From NCBI GenBank assembly GCA_964016885.1, contig OZ024751.1:42160001-42224000 (forward strand): a stretch of DNA of 64,000 nucleotides, given 5' to 3'. The notes under the pieces are model-generated. The model did no database searches. It saw nothing but the letters and a program-made list of their open reading frames with translations, and was not told where the DNA came from. Every line of letters starts with the position of its first letter. Position 1 is the stretch's first letter. Source of the stretch: Eledone cirrhosa. Its lineage: Eukaryota. This document shows, one piece after another, positions 14,014 through 27,322 of this stretch. A program made the translations under genes and the position numbers.

Positions 14014-14084
14014 AGTCATTATGTTTCTACACAAAGAATAACTAATGACTGGAATGTCATCTTTGGTAAACTGGTGAATCATCA

Positions 14085-14660
14085 TTGTCATCATCATCCA
14101 TTTACATCTGCTTTTCCATGCATGCGTGGGTTGGACAGGTGTTTTGCAACAGAGCACCTTTTCACACTTCAATTTCCTTCTCATATCTTCTGTGAGGTTC
14201 TTTATATTGAGATCTGTGACTAACTATTTTTGCCCATGTTTTCCTTGACCTTCTCCAACTGCAGCTTCCTTCCCCTAGGAGCCCCTAGTATCATCCTTCA
14301 TGCACATCCCATGTCCATACCAGCACAGTCTATATCTGATTCCTCTTATGTTTAGTTTTTCTTTCAACCCATCCATGCTTTGCCGTTCATGCATATATTA
14401 ACATTACACATCCATCAGTGCATGCTTGCTTCATTTCCCTCTAGTTTTTGTATATCCTCTGCAGGTACTGTCCATGCTTCACTTCCATGCAACACCACAC
14501 TTTGCAGGGAGAAACCTTAGTAGCTCCTTGAAATGTTTCCATCTTGTTTGTATTCTAGTTACTATACAGTTAGCCTTTCATTCATAGTGAGTAATTGCCT
14601 CCATTGTTAATTGGGTCAGATAGGTAACAAAAGCTATCAATCACTTCTGTGGAGCCTACA
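14085..14660 (-). mobile_element. Decayed RTE LINE 3' portion
   Basis: Homologous to the 61435-62200 copy (LHGSEAW-like stretch, gatgatga tail). Confidence 0.7.
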
Positions 14661-14979
14661 CGAGATTGGAAAAAGTTTATTTCATTGGAGCCCTTACTAT
14701 TAACTATCCTTATGCCTCTCCCTCATACAAAGTCTACCTTTTCTGTTAGTCTGTCTACAATCTCATTACACCTCTTGTGTACCCGAGGTTTATACTGTGT
14801 ACATCATTTAAGTTCCTACTTACTCCTTGTCTACGTATTGAGCCCAGCCATTTCCCTGATGAATCCAAAGTCCTGTTATCTTTCCTACTTACTAAAACTT
14901 TACTCAACTCCTTTAAATCTAATTCCTCTGGGTCTTCATTGTTCTACATTAGGAGTTTTTTCTGTTTCAGCTATAAGAA

Positions 14980-15845
14980 CCAGGTTGTCAGCGAGATATG
15001 ACCTGGAGGACTATAGTAAATAGAAGCAGGCCATCTGCCCACTTGGTAATAAGAAGTCCTCCATACTTGCTATCAGGAATGCGTCTGGGGTTCTCCTCTC
15101 ATCAGAGAGATGCATCCTCATGAGGGGGGAAAGAATACTTTGCTGATCTCCTAAACCTGATCACAACATCTTCTGAAGCCTGTGCAGTGCACTCTATATG
15201 TAAATGGAGTTCTACTGAAGCAAGTGGAGAAATTCCAAGTATCTCAGGGCTGTTTTCATGAGTGATGAAAGCACGAGGTTAAATTAAATGCAAGAATTGC
15301 AGGAGCTAGTGCAAGTGATGCCACCAGCTCCACCATTCGGTCATCAGAAGAAGGGAGGGAGGTGTAAAAGCCAAACTCTTTATCTTCAATTCAATATTCA
15401 TGCCAACCCTTAAGTATGGTCATGAATCTTGGATAATGACCGAAAGAATACGATTGCGAATACAAGTGACTGAGATGGGGTTCATCCAAAGGGCCTTTGG
15501 AGTAACATTACTCAATAGAGTGCGTAGCTTGGAGATCTGGGACTCACTCCAGGTAGAGCCGCTACTTTTCTGAAAAGAGAGATCACAGCTCAGGTACTAT
15601 CAGCATGTGGTTAGAATGACTCGGGGAAAGAATTGCTGGACAGATTTTATGGGCAAAACCAACTGGCAGGAGACCCAGGGTAGACCCTGAGCAACATGGT
15701 TGGATAATATCCATGAGCTTGGCTGTCCTTGCTTGGGGATCCAGTTGGATCATTTGGAGATGGTTGCTTCTGACAGGACCTGCTGGAAGGAGTGTTTGAG
15801 GATTCTGCCCCCATGATCTTCTCAGGAATAAGTGGGTGAAGAAGA
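14980..15845 (+). mobile_element. Decayed, internally deleted RTE-1-like LINE
   Basis: PTLKYGHESWIMTERIRLRIQVTEMGF near 15405-15485 and a gaagaagaa tail. Confidence 0.75.
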
Positions 15846-15929
15846 AGGGTTGAGGGCTGAACCATGATGATCACTTGCTTGCACATTGAATTCCCCACTA
15901 AACTCATTTTCAACTCTCACTTTACTTAC

Positions 15930-16290
15930 AGCACCTCTCTACATGGCTTGCACTGCTCTCTCAAGCCTCTCAATTACACCTAGTTTCCTTAAGGTCCACC
16001 GGATAACTGATCCTAGTATTCTGTCAAAGACCTTCTCCAGGTCAACAAAAGCTTGATATAACATCTTCCAATTAGCAAGGAACTTCTGTAGTCTCACTAA
16101 GACGAGGTGCTCATTAATGGCACAAAATCAAACTGCATCTCGTCTAATTTGACTCTTCTACCTAATTAGTTGTGCCAAAACTCTTTCTTGTCATTTCCAT
16201 AGCTTTGATCCACCAGTTTTATGCCTCTATAGTTGATCTTTTTTAAAGCAATTACTTTTTCCTTTGTAATGAATAATTAACGGCTATACT
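15930..16290 (-). mobile_element. Decayed RTE RT fragment
   Basis: Minus strand contains FVDLEKVFD-like RT motif and KLGV. Confidence 0.6.
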
Positions 16291-16681
16291 ACATTCTATA
16301 GTAATAGAATTTCTCTTACACTCCTGTTGCTGCCACAGAGCTTACCTCTAGCTTACAATTCCCTACCCCCTTTGAACTCTTGACCAGTCAATTAACACAA
16401 TCAGATATACACAGGATGTTTCCAAAAAACAACTTTGATTCTGTTTAATTTTTTTAAATTTTTATTTCAATCCTCAACATTTGATAAGATGAATTTTAAT
16501 AATACATTGAAACTGGTAATAATTTATAAAACTTTTTTTAAAAAAGAATTGTCCCTCTCACTTTTTCAATAATGTCACTTTGACGAATCAAAGAAAGGAT
16601 AAAAAAAGAAAAACAGACCCTTAAATATATTTTCTGTGCTATTTCTAACTTCACCTTTTCTCTACATATATATATATATGT

Positions 16682-16825
16682 AGAGGCACATGGCTTAGTG
16701 GTTAGAGCATTGGGCTTGCAATCGAAAGGTTGTGAGTTCAATTCTCAGACCGGGTGATGTGTTGTTTCCTTGAGCAAGACACTTTATTTCACATTGCTCC
16801 AGTTTACTCAGCTGTAGAAATGAGA
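16682..16825 (+). mobile_element. tRNA-derived SINE, CORE-like family
   Basis: A box tggcttagtgg, B box gagttcaattc, core ccttgagcaagacacttta; related copies at 19400-19512 (-) and 42850-43092 (-). Confidence 0.75.
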
Positions 16826-17069
16826 TGATAGGGACTGGGGTCCCTATCATTCCACTGTAAAGTGGTCGTGGAGGTGCCACGGCAAAAAAGCACCCAGCAC
16901 TCACTGTAAATGAGGTTGGTGTTAGGAAGAGCATCCAGCTGTAGCAATCAAGCCAGAATCAGTTCCCGTCCCACCCCTGCAAGCAGGGAAAAGCGGACGT
17001 AAAATGATGATGATGACATATAAATATATATATATATATATACACACATATATATATTACATAGTAGTA

Positions 17070-17722
17070 AGACCTGGACGCTGTGTGTAGAAGACTTGCG
17101 TAGATTAGAAAGAAACGAAGCTTGCATGTTCTGATGGATGTGTAATAGTAATATATGCGAACGGCAAAGCATAAACAAATTGAGAGAGAGACTGAGCATA
17201 AGAGAAATCAAATGCGGTGTGTAGGAGAGGAGGTTGCATTGGTATGGACATGTGATGCGTATGAAGGATGACAGCTGCATAAAATAAGTGCAGAGCACTA
17301 AAAGTCGATGGAAGCCTTGGAGTGGGGAGACCCGGGATGAGGTGATAAAAGCTGACCTTGCCCAATTGCACCTCTCAAAGGCGATGACACAGGTCTGGCA
17401 TTACACAGTAATACAGAAGACCTGACTCGCCACGGGTACAAGCTGAAGCTGAAGCATATAGACAATATGCCCCCACCCCCTCCCACTGCAATGTGGTCGT
17501 GGAGGTGTCGCGACAAAAAAAGCACCCAGTCCACACTGTAAAGTGGTCGTGTAGGCGCCACGGTAAAAAAGCACCCAGCACTCACTGTAAATGAGGTTTG
17601 TGTTAGGAAGGGCATCCAGCTGTAGAAATCAAGCCAAAATTAGTTCCCATATGAGCAAGACATGGTTACCCATCTAACCCATGCTAGCATGGAAGAATGG
17701 ATGTTAAACGGTGATGATGATA
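17070..17722 (+). mobile_element. RTE LINE 3' end (ORF C-terminus, 3' UTR, GAT tail)
   Basis: Matches the reverse complement of 61435-62020. Confidence 0.85.
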
Positions 17723-17778
17723 AGAAAAGGCACCACATATTTGAATATAATATATTTATATATATATATATATATATA

Positions 17779-18031
17779 TAAGCTATCGCCGTATTTTGAC
17801 TAAAGAAATTAAAGAAATTATTTAGCCTGATAGTGGGGTTAAGTACCCTCGGAGAAATGGAAAAAAATGAGTATTGACTCCCATGTACGTCAATACTCAT
17901 CTTTTTCCATTTCTCCAAGGGTTCTTAACCCCACTATCAGGCTAAATAATTTCTTTAATTTCTTTAGTCAAAATACGGCGATAGCTTACATTTTCAAACC
18001 AACTCGCTGTTTCGAAAATATTCTTACTTGA
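17779..18031 (+). mobile_element. Fold-back insert, ~100-bp arms with a 10-nt loop, between TA tracts
   Basis: 17779-17878 is the near-perfect reverse complement of 17889-17988; unpaired tail to ~18031. Confidence 0.8.
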
Positions 18032-18064
18032 TATTATATAAATATATATATATATTTATATAAT

Positions 18065-18490
18065 ATCAAGGGATGAGGTGATAAAAGCCGACCTTACCCA
18101 ACTACACCTCTCAAAGTCAATGACACACGACCGTGACTTCTGGCGTCACGCAGTAATACAGGGTACCCGACCTCCCATGGGTACATGCTGAAGCATATAA
18201 ACAATATGCCCCCCCCCCCCCACCGCAAGGTGGTCGTGGAGGTGCCACGGCAAAAAAGCACCCAGCCCACACTGTAAAGTGGACGTGTAGGCGCCACGAA
18301 AAAGCACCCAGCACTCACTGTAAATGAGGTTGGTGTTAGGAAGGGCATCCAGCTGTAGAAATCAAGCCAGATCAGTTCCTGTATGAGCAAGGCATGGTCA
18401 GCCGACCAGACACTGCCCACAACAGGACAACCCGTCTAACCCATGCTAGCGTGGAAGAACAGACGTAAAACGGTGATGATGATGATGATG
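18065..18490 (+). mobile_element. RTE 3' fragment, nearly identical to 20340-20783
   Basis: Direct sequence identity apart from poly-C length and a few substitutions. Confidence 0.85.
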
Positions 18491-18567
18491 AATATCTATA
18501 TATATAATAAATGTAATCTGAGTTTTTCAAATATTACATTTATTGTATTCAGCCATGTAGAGCGAAA

Positions 18568-18685
<118 letters not shown>

Positions 18686-18930
18686 GTATATAGTTATGTA
18701 ATAAACAACATCAGACAATTATTCCATTTACCAAAGGTTTCATGAAGACAGACGAGCTCGACAGAGATGTCTGAAATCGTTCGTCAGAATGAAATTTTAT
18801 TTGAAGTGGATGTGAGATATGATTTCAAAACAAAGACTAAAACAATTGAAAGCGAGGCTGATATAAAATAAAATAAAATAACGGACGTAATGTAATGGGT
18901 AAAAATAATAAATAAATATATATATATATA

Positions 18931-19247
18931 TATTGTTATACTTTGGGAGGGTCATGTTGCCAATAAGAAACACATGCACCAGTTGCTTTCACTTCAATTT
19001 ATTATAATAAATTTATAAATTTCCGGTTGGTTGGTTGGTTCCACAACCATCTGGTTGCGGAACCAACCAACCAACCAACCGGAAATTTATAAATTCCTAA
19101 ATTTATAAATTTATTATAATAAATTGAAGTGAAAGCAACTGGTGCGTGTGTTTCTTATTGGCAACATGACCCTCCCAAAGTATAACAATATCGGTTTCAA
19201 CACACGTTTTCAGATAAAGAATCATGCTAAACAAATTCAGAAACGAA

Positions 19248-19250
<3 letters not shown>
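18931..19250 (+). mobile_element. Fold-back PLE-like terminus, same family as 52826-53322
   Basis: Arms ~18931-19048 and ~19053-19190, tail to 19250, (TA)n on both sides. Confidence 0.8.
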
Positions 19251-19298
<48 letters not shown>

Positions 19299-19594
19299 TA
19301 CACATACATATTGACTTTCGTCAAATCGGACCGAAGAAACAATGTTTCCATTGGTCTTTCCAATTGTTAATACTTTCTATCGGTCGCAACTCCAGGTAGA
19401 AGGAGCAACGTGAAATAAAGTGTCTTGCTCAAGGACATAACGCATCACCCGGGGAATTGAACTGAAAACCTCACGATTGAGAGATCAATTCTCTAACCAC
19501 TCAGCCACACGCGATACATATATAAACATCTATACACATACATATATAAGCATCTTATATATTCACACACATACACATAAACATACGTACATGT

Positions 19595-19638
<44 letters not shown>

Positions 19639-20339
19639 GGCAGGACAACCCGTCTAACCCATGCTAGCATGGAAGAACGGACGTAAAACGGTGATGATGA
19701 TGATACATATATACATACATATATATACACACTCACGCAAACACACACATGAAAATTTACACTCACATACAATTGTATATACATATATATATACATACAC
19801 ACAAATATATATATATACACGTAATATCTGTATATATATATATCAGTTTGACAATCGCCACCGATGAATGCTAGGAAGTTCTCCAAGTAAGTTACCAGGA
19901 ATCTTTAAAATTCTTCCCACAGAAGTTAACAAAGAACTTACTAGATCTACCAACTCATAATATTATAATAGAAAATTAAATCAAATTATTTAGAACTATA
20001 AGTGAAGTCATTCTTTTCCTTTTTTTTTCAAATATACCTAACTGTACCAAGGATCTCACACATTTTGCAAAATATATATATATACATATATACACACACA
20101 TATACACATATAAATGTAAGAATACACACACACGCATACATATATAAACAAAAACATACATATATGCATATACACATATACGCATACATAAACGTGTAGA
20201 AACTTACACACATACATATGACTAACCATATACATTTACACAAAATATGCAAGAATACACATGCAATTATAAATAAATACATACAAAAGTGCATACATAC
20301 ACAAACATATATTAATATATATATATATATATATATAGA

Positions 20340-20782
20340 CCCAAGATGACTTGGGATGAGGTGATAAAAGCCGACCTTACCCAACTACACCTCTCAAAGT
20401 CAATGACACACGACCGTGACTTCTGGCGTCACGCAGTAATACAGGGTACCCGACCTCCCAAGGGTACATGCTGAAGCATATAAACAATATGCCCCCCCCC
20501 CCCCCCCCCCCCCACCGCAAGGTGGTCGTGGAGGTGCCACGGCAAAAAAGCACCCAGCCCACACTGTAAAGTGGACGTGTAGGCGCCACGAAAAAGCACC
20601 CAGCACTCACTGTAAATGAGGTTGGTGTTAGGAAGGGCATCCAGCTGTAGAAATCAAGCCAGATCAGTTCCTGTATGAGCAAGGCATGGTCAGCCGACCA
20701 GACACTGCCCACAACAGGACAACCCGTCTAACCCATGCTAGCGTGGAAGAACGGACGTAAAACGGTGATGATGATGATGATG

Positions 20783-20783
<1 letters not shown>
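20340..20783 (+). mobile_element. RTE 3' fragment
   Basis: Copy of 18065-18490. Confidence 0.85.
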
Positions 20784-20817
<34 letters not shown>

Positions 20818-21096
20818 ATTTATTGACGTGTTTCAATAACTACAACTGGAACCGTCGAGCAAACCCTACGTGACCTGTCCATCTACTGTGTGTAATATTC
20901 GTATTTCAACACTACGGAAAATACTATATATATATATATATATATAAATTTTGAGTATATGTTGGTTGTATACCAACACCTCAGTATGCAGATGGGAGCA
21001 CTCGACGAAGTGCGCAGGTTGGTTTGGTTACTCCGGAGTAATGTAAAATAAAATAAAATAAATAAGTCAAATGTTTAAAATTTGGCTTCGTTTATT

Positions 21097-21151
21097 ACTG
21101 CTATATATATTTCGGTGACAGCCATCTTTGGCTGTGATCTCTTCAGGCAGT
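21097..21151 (-). ncRNA. Type I hammerhead ribozyme motif in the inverted pseudo-LTR
   Basis: Reverse-complement copy of 24167-24221 with one stem II substitution. Confidence 0.75.
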
Positions 21152-24100
21152 CCGAATTAGTGTGGTAGAGACGAGTACACATGTTGTTGAGGTGTATAAC
21201 TTTGTCAATACTCTGATATGCCCAGTTCCTGGTTGGGTTGTTATTTCACTGAGGAACTGGAATCATATGAGTTTAAACAAATGGAGTGATTGACCAAATA
21301 ACTTTGACATCACGATGGGCTCCAGCGACTCAGCACTGGTAACGGACCTGGTTGGGCTCTTCCTGCTGAAGCAGATAAAAGATGAAATCCCCTGCCTGGG
21401 CGGCGGATTATATCGTGACGATGCTCTCTTCACAGTATATGACCACAGCACCAATATGTTGGAGGGAATGAGGAGGCGTATTCGCCATTTCTTTAAAAAC
21501 CAGGGGCTCAGTATAGAACTAGACCCAAATAGAAAGGTAGTTAACTTCCTAGACACCACCCTAAACCTGAACACCGAACAATACTACCCCTACCACAAGC
21601 CCAACGAGAAACTCATGTATGTTAACGCCAAGCAAACCACCCTAGATCCATAACAATACAAGCAGAACAGAAACAAATAGGCACCATGAGCCTGACACCA
21701 CCACACTGGCGTTGGTGACGAGTACGCTTAACCATGGGATGAAACCCAATATGAGTAGCAGTCTCAGGGGTGATGCTAACCACCCCAGGCCCGACGACCC
21801 CAACCGCAGGACACGTGTGTGTGGGGGGGGGGCAATGGGGGACCACCCCACGGTAGATCTCCCAGCGCGGGCAACGACCACCCCACAGATTCGGGCCGTG
21901 AAGATAGCAAAACGCATAGCACCCAAAGGGGAAGCAACAATGCGGGAACCACCAGCAACCCAACAAATCTCCAACAACTCACGGCACCCCCGACCAACAC
22001 ATATAGGAGACACAGAAAAATCACATGGTACAACCCACCCTACTCAGCAGCCCTAAAGAACAGCTTGGCCCGATCATTCTTTGGAGCACTTGATAAATGC
22101 TTCCTGAGAGACCATAGATACCACAAGATCTTCAACAGACACACTGTGAAGCTCTCGTATTCCACCACGAGAAATCTGGCCCAACACATAGCTAGCATCA
22201 ACAGGAGTAGGCTTAAAAACCACACAACCAGAAGATGGCAATACAAGCACTCAGCAGAACCATGTGAAAGGAGAGAAGGGGGGACCCAGTGCCCACCCAA
22301 GAAACCGAAACAGACCCCCCCCCCCCCCCCCCACCGTGCCTGGGGGAAGACCACCGTGTAACACTTAACGGGAACTCAAATCTAGGCACGCAGATGTCGA
22401 CCACCCTCTGCAACTGCAGAAACCCCGAATCATGCCCCCTTGGTAATGAATGCCTTAAGAAGAACCTAGTATACGGTTGTAGGGTTAAAACCCCCAACTC
22501 CGAACACCTCTACATAGGAGCCACATCAACGAGCTTTAAAGACCGCTGGTATAACCATCGCCATTCCTTCAATAAGGAGGCCAAAAGGAAAAGTACGGCT
22601 CTCTCCGACCTGATCTGGAAGCTTAAGCTCAACAGGACTCCGTACTCTCTGGCCTGGTCCATAATCAGGAAAGTACCACCCGATAAAGGGGGATCTTGCA
22701 TATGCAAACTATTTCTGAACGAGACCCTCGAGATACTAAGAGGTGGAAGCGGCCTGATAAACCTCAGAACCGACTTCTTCGGGACATGCAGACACCTCAG
22801 GGCCAGGACCTTCCTCAAGATATATGGACAGTAGCAACACAATAAGATGTGAACTCCCCTCAAGTTATAGGGACTTCTCCAGAACATGTAGACACCTCTC
22901 GACCAGACCTCCCTCAAGCTATATGGGCAGTAACAACACCATAGGTTGGGAACTCCCCTCAAGCCATAGGGACCAACCCAGGCTGAGCAGACACCATGAT
23001 AGCCTAGAGATTGATTCTGACACAGCCTTTATAATTTGGCCAACATCTTTATAACACACACACATTTTAATTTACTTGATTTTTCATTTTTGATTTCTCA
23101 TTATTCATTTGTTATTTGTTTTCTATTTTCTTCACTTTATCACCTTATATTTATATTTAAGTTGAGATTGGTTATAACACACACACACCTTTTATTTGAC
23201 TATCCTATTTCGTTTTATTCTTTTACCATCTTGTTCCTCCTATCACTTTATCCAACATATTTCTGACCTTGAGATTGGTTATAGCACACACACATTTTAT
23301 CTTATATTATTTGAATCTTCATTTTTATTTTTCACTTTTCATTTTTCATTTTCCATATTCATTCATTTTTCATTACATTTTCATTAATTTTTCATTTATT
23401 CTCTATTTATTATTTATTTTGTTTTCTTCATTTTATTGCCTTCTATTTCTTCATATACATGGCAGACCCCCCCCCCCCCCACACACACACCACCACCATC
23501 ACCACCACGGGAGATGGTGGCAGGAGGGATGAAGAAACACACACACAGATACTTCTAAATTGTCAGCAGCAGCAAGACATAAGCTGACCACAACACAACA
23601 CTACCAAAATAAGGGTAGAGGTCAGATGTACTTAACAAAAGCAAACACAAACACTACAGGGAGCCTCACCCCAGAAAGAATTTCTATAGACTTTGGACTG
23701 AGGAATGCTCTCAAAACTGACCAATGGGAAGATTGACCTTACAAATCTTTATAACATTGAGATGGGTATAACACATACACACATTTTATTCGATTATTTT
23801 TTATTTTGTTCCTTTACCATCTTATTCCTTCTACCACTTTATCACTTTTTTTTGAGCTGACTCCAACAATAACACCACTACCAACACAAGAATAGGGGTC
23901 AGATGTACTTAACAATAACAAGAACAACAACTACAGATTGGCTTGCCTCAGAACGAATTTCTATAGACTTTTGACTGAGGAATGTTCTAACAACTGACTA
24001 ATGAGAGGAGAAGAGGCCTTTTGATGCTGAAATTCATTTGTTTAAATTCATATGATTCCAGTTCCTCAGTGAAATAACAACCCAACCAGGAACTGGGCAT

Positions 24101-24166
24101 ATCAGAGTATTGACAAAGTTAAACACCTCAACAACATGTGTACTCGTCTCTACCACACTAATTCGG

Positions 24167-24221
24167 ACTGCCTGAAGAGGTCACAGCCAAAGATGGCTGT
24201 CACCGAAATATATATAGCAGT
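24167..24221 (+). ncRNA. Minimal type I hammerhead ribozyme
   Basis: Stem I ACUGC/GCAGU, core CUGAAGA, stem II GGU-ACAGCCA/UGGCUGU-ACC, GAAA, palindromic UAUAUA stem III, AUA cleavage triplet. Confidence 0.88.
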
Positions 24222-24267
24222 AATAAACGAAACCAAATTTTAAACATTTGACTTATTTATTTAACTT

Positions 24268-24352
<85 letters not shown>

Positions 24353-24508
24353 TACGGTAAACATTGATGCAATTCAATTCAGCACTCAAGGTACGTTTTC
24401 CACACAGGAATTACAGAGTATATTTCAAATAAGGAAATGCGAAATATGTATCACAGCCTTAGCAATAAAGGACTTTAACATCTGAAACTACTTCACATTT
24501 TCTTTTAT

Positions 24509-24549
<41 letters not shown>

Positions 24550-24559
<10 letters not shown>

Positions 24560-24930
24560 TTTGTTTTGCAAGGTTTTTGATATGAAATTGTGTGTCGAAA
24601 CAAATATTGTTGGGGAGGGTCACATTGTTGTAATGATATTGCCAGAAATAATAACAGAACACACTCACTGTTTGGTTGGTTTTCGCTTCTGTATCTTTTA
24701 TATCTCCATAGTTAATTTATTTGGCAATCAACGTTTATCATTGATTGACCAACGGTTAAAAATACAGATATAAATATATATATATATATAGTCTAACAAA
24801 GTTCTTTCGTTGCACATCTGCAACATCATCAGTGGTTCTATTATTATGTTCCCTCCTATTGTATTGTATTGTAATGTCTACGCCATTTTTATTTTATTTT
24901 ATATTATTTCCCAAATATAACAATATATCT
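24550..24930 (-). mobile_element. Diverged relative of the 52826 PLE-terminus family with a hammerhead-like motif at 24793-24837
   Basis: Minus strand CUGAUGA-U-GUUGCA/UGCAAC-GAAAGAACUU; the left part resembles 52830-52930. Confidence 0.6.
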
Positions 24931-25019
24931 ATATTTATATAGAGAGATAGATAGATAGATATAGATATATAAATATATAATATATATATAATATAATATA
25001 TATATATATATAAACTATG

Positions 25020-25418
25020 TACAAAGCGAAACCTACAGTCAGTAGGCACCTCTTAACCAAATATACACCACAATCCACTACCCCTACCCTATCTTCCCAC
25101 TCCCACCAACACCACCCTCCCTCTGTAAAGTTGGTACCACAACATCCAGTCCAAATAAATGAGATAATGAGATCGAGATTGTGTAGGTGTCACGAGAAAA
25201 AACACAGTCCACGCTGTAATGTGGTTGTGTAGGTAACATGGTAAAAGTTACCAGTTCCACACTGTAAATGTGGTTGGTGTTAGGAAGGGCATCCAGCCAG
25301 ATAGTCTTATATGAGCAAGACACGGTCACCCGACCAACCTTGACTCAAATTGGGACAACTCCCGTCTAACCCATGCTAGCGTCGAAAATGGACGTTAAAC
25401 GATGATGATGATGATGAT
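25020..25418 (+). mobile_element. RTE-family 3' UTR fragment, second subfamily
   Basis: Similar to 59525-59860 (+) and 60645-61046 (-); GAT tail. Confidence 0.75.
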
Positions 25419-25431
25419 ATATATATATATG

Positions 25432-25462
<31 letters not shown>

Positions 25463-25664
25463 GATATATATTATATATATATATATATAATATGATATAT
25501 CTTATATATATATATATATAATATGATATATCTTATATTTATATATAATATGATATATATATATATAATATGATATATATATATAATATGATATATATAA
25601 TATGATATATATATATAATATGATATATATATATATAATATATATATATATATATAATATATAT

Positions 25665-26047
25665 TCAGGTTTGAGGTTCACCACTGTATGGAGCTGGTCT
25701 ATTCCGTATGGTCAATCGTAATGTAATAATATAGAGAGTACTCAACGTAAAGCAGTTCAACCGTCTTTGTTTTTGTAGTTGGTGGTGCTATTACGGAGTT
25801 AAATATTATAATGAAATGGCAGGAGGCTGGATTTGTGTAAATCCTTGAAAGATTTATTATACTATGATCATTTCAATGACCGGGTTCCGTATGAATCTGG
25901 TGATATCATCAGGTATTCGAAATATAATACGTGAATGTAATAGATAATCACCGGATTCATACGGAACCCAGTCATTGAAATGATCATAGTATAATAAATC
26001 TTTCAAGGATTTACACAAATCCAGCCTCCTGTCATTTCATTATAATT
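25665..26047 (-). mobile_element. Fold-back PLE-like terminus with hammerhead motif at 25858-25916 (-)
   Basis: Arms 25805-25904 and 25947-26047. Minus strand reads AUAC-CUGAUGA...GAAA-UGAUCA-UA-GUAU. TA tracts on both sides. Confidence 0.75.
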
Positions 26048-26105
26048 ATATATATAATATATATATATATATAATATGATATATATATATATATATATAT
26101 ATATA

Positions 26106-26292
26106 ATTGTTTCTACTTTAGGCACAAGGCCAGCAATTACCCAGTGCATTACTGGTACTTTATTTTATCGACCCCGTAAGGATGAAAGGCAAAGTCAACC
26201 TCGGTGGGATTTGAACTCAGATTGTAAAGGGACGTAACTATGCTGGAAAGCATGGCGTCCGACCCTCTACCGATACTGCCAATCCACCGCCC
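26106..26292 (-). mobile_element. Full-length Meta-like tRNA SINE
   Basis: Reverse complement of the 9580-9770 family. Confidence 0.85.
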
Positions 26293-26339
26293 TTTTATTA
26301 TATATATATAATATGATATATATATATATATATTTTGAC

Positions 26340-26583
26340 ATGTAGGCGCCACGGAAAAAAGCAGCCAGCACTCACTGTAAAGTGGACGTGTAGGCGCCAC
26401 GGAAAAAAGCACCCAGCATTCACTGTAAATGAGGTTGGTGTTAGGAAGGGCATCCAGCTGTAATCAAGCCAGAATCAGTTCCTGTATGAGCAAGACAAGG
26501 TCAGCTGACCGGACACTGCCCACAACAGGACAGCCCGTCTAACCCATGGAAGAACGGACGTAAAACGGTGATGATGATGATGA
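26340..26583 (+). mobile_element. RTE-family 3' UTR fragment
   Basis: Same core and GAT tail as 18065. Confidence 0.8.
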
Positions 26584-26675
26584 TATATATAATATGATAT
26601 AATATATATATATATATGAGTTCAATCTAGCTGTCGAAACAGCCGGAGCTCAGCCATCGAGGTCCTGACTTTTTT

Positions 26676-26732
<57 letters not shown>

Positions 26733-27322
26733 TTAATAGTCTTTTGACGTGCTGAATGTGAAGCAGTGCAATTTTTACACAAAAAGACTTTAAACTTTCA
26801 AAATGTAATCATGTTTGTTTTTTTTTTTTTAAATCTAACCTAAGCATGCCCCAAAAGAAGGGCATGAAACCCAAAGTATTTGTGGCTGTTTTACAATAAC
26901 TATCAGCATGTGTTAAGCTAACTAAAACATGGTACATATTTGTAGAGTACAATTTTTGTCTAGATTTTTATTATTACAATTCACTGTGAAAGTATTTAAG
27001 ATCTCCTACATTATATATTTTTAACCTTCCCATAAAAAAGATATCAAGTGTATTTATAATCTTAAGCCTATTCTTCTCTCAAAGAATACTTTCTAAAAAA
27101 TTACTTAATAGATAGTTTTAACATGGTAAATGTTGCTTGTTATGTAAATACAACAATAATGAAGTGTATCATGTGTGAAATTGGTGGTTTGTTTGTTTTA
27201 TATATATACTTTAAAGTTAAAGTATATTGTATAACTGCATCAATGATTGTGTAAGTATCTGATGTAACAGAAATATATGTATATCAGAGTTTTACACTGT
27301 ACAGTTAGTGAAATTGAATTAA

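Larger units (their letters stand above)
21055..24270 (+). mobile_element. 5'-truncated Penelope-like element, Naiad type, with inverted pseudo-LTR
   Basis: RT motifs FDITMGS and GLYRDD (21300-21650); KITWYNPPYS...KIFNRHTVKLSYS linker; CNCRxxxxCPL knuckle; GIY-YIG (LVY...YIGAT...FKDRWYNH) at 22289-22834. 21055-21283 is an inverted copy of 24035-24262; (TA)n follows the 3' end. Confidence 0.92.

Noticed and set aside
16682-16760. tRNA gene
   Set aside because: A and B boxes are present but run into a SINE core with no acceptor stem; it is a SINE head.
22289-22834. Selenocysteine-encoding Naiad endonuclease
   Set aside because: The ORF has no in-frame TGA; the knuckle positions are ordinary Cys codons, with one apparently changed to Phe.
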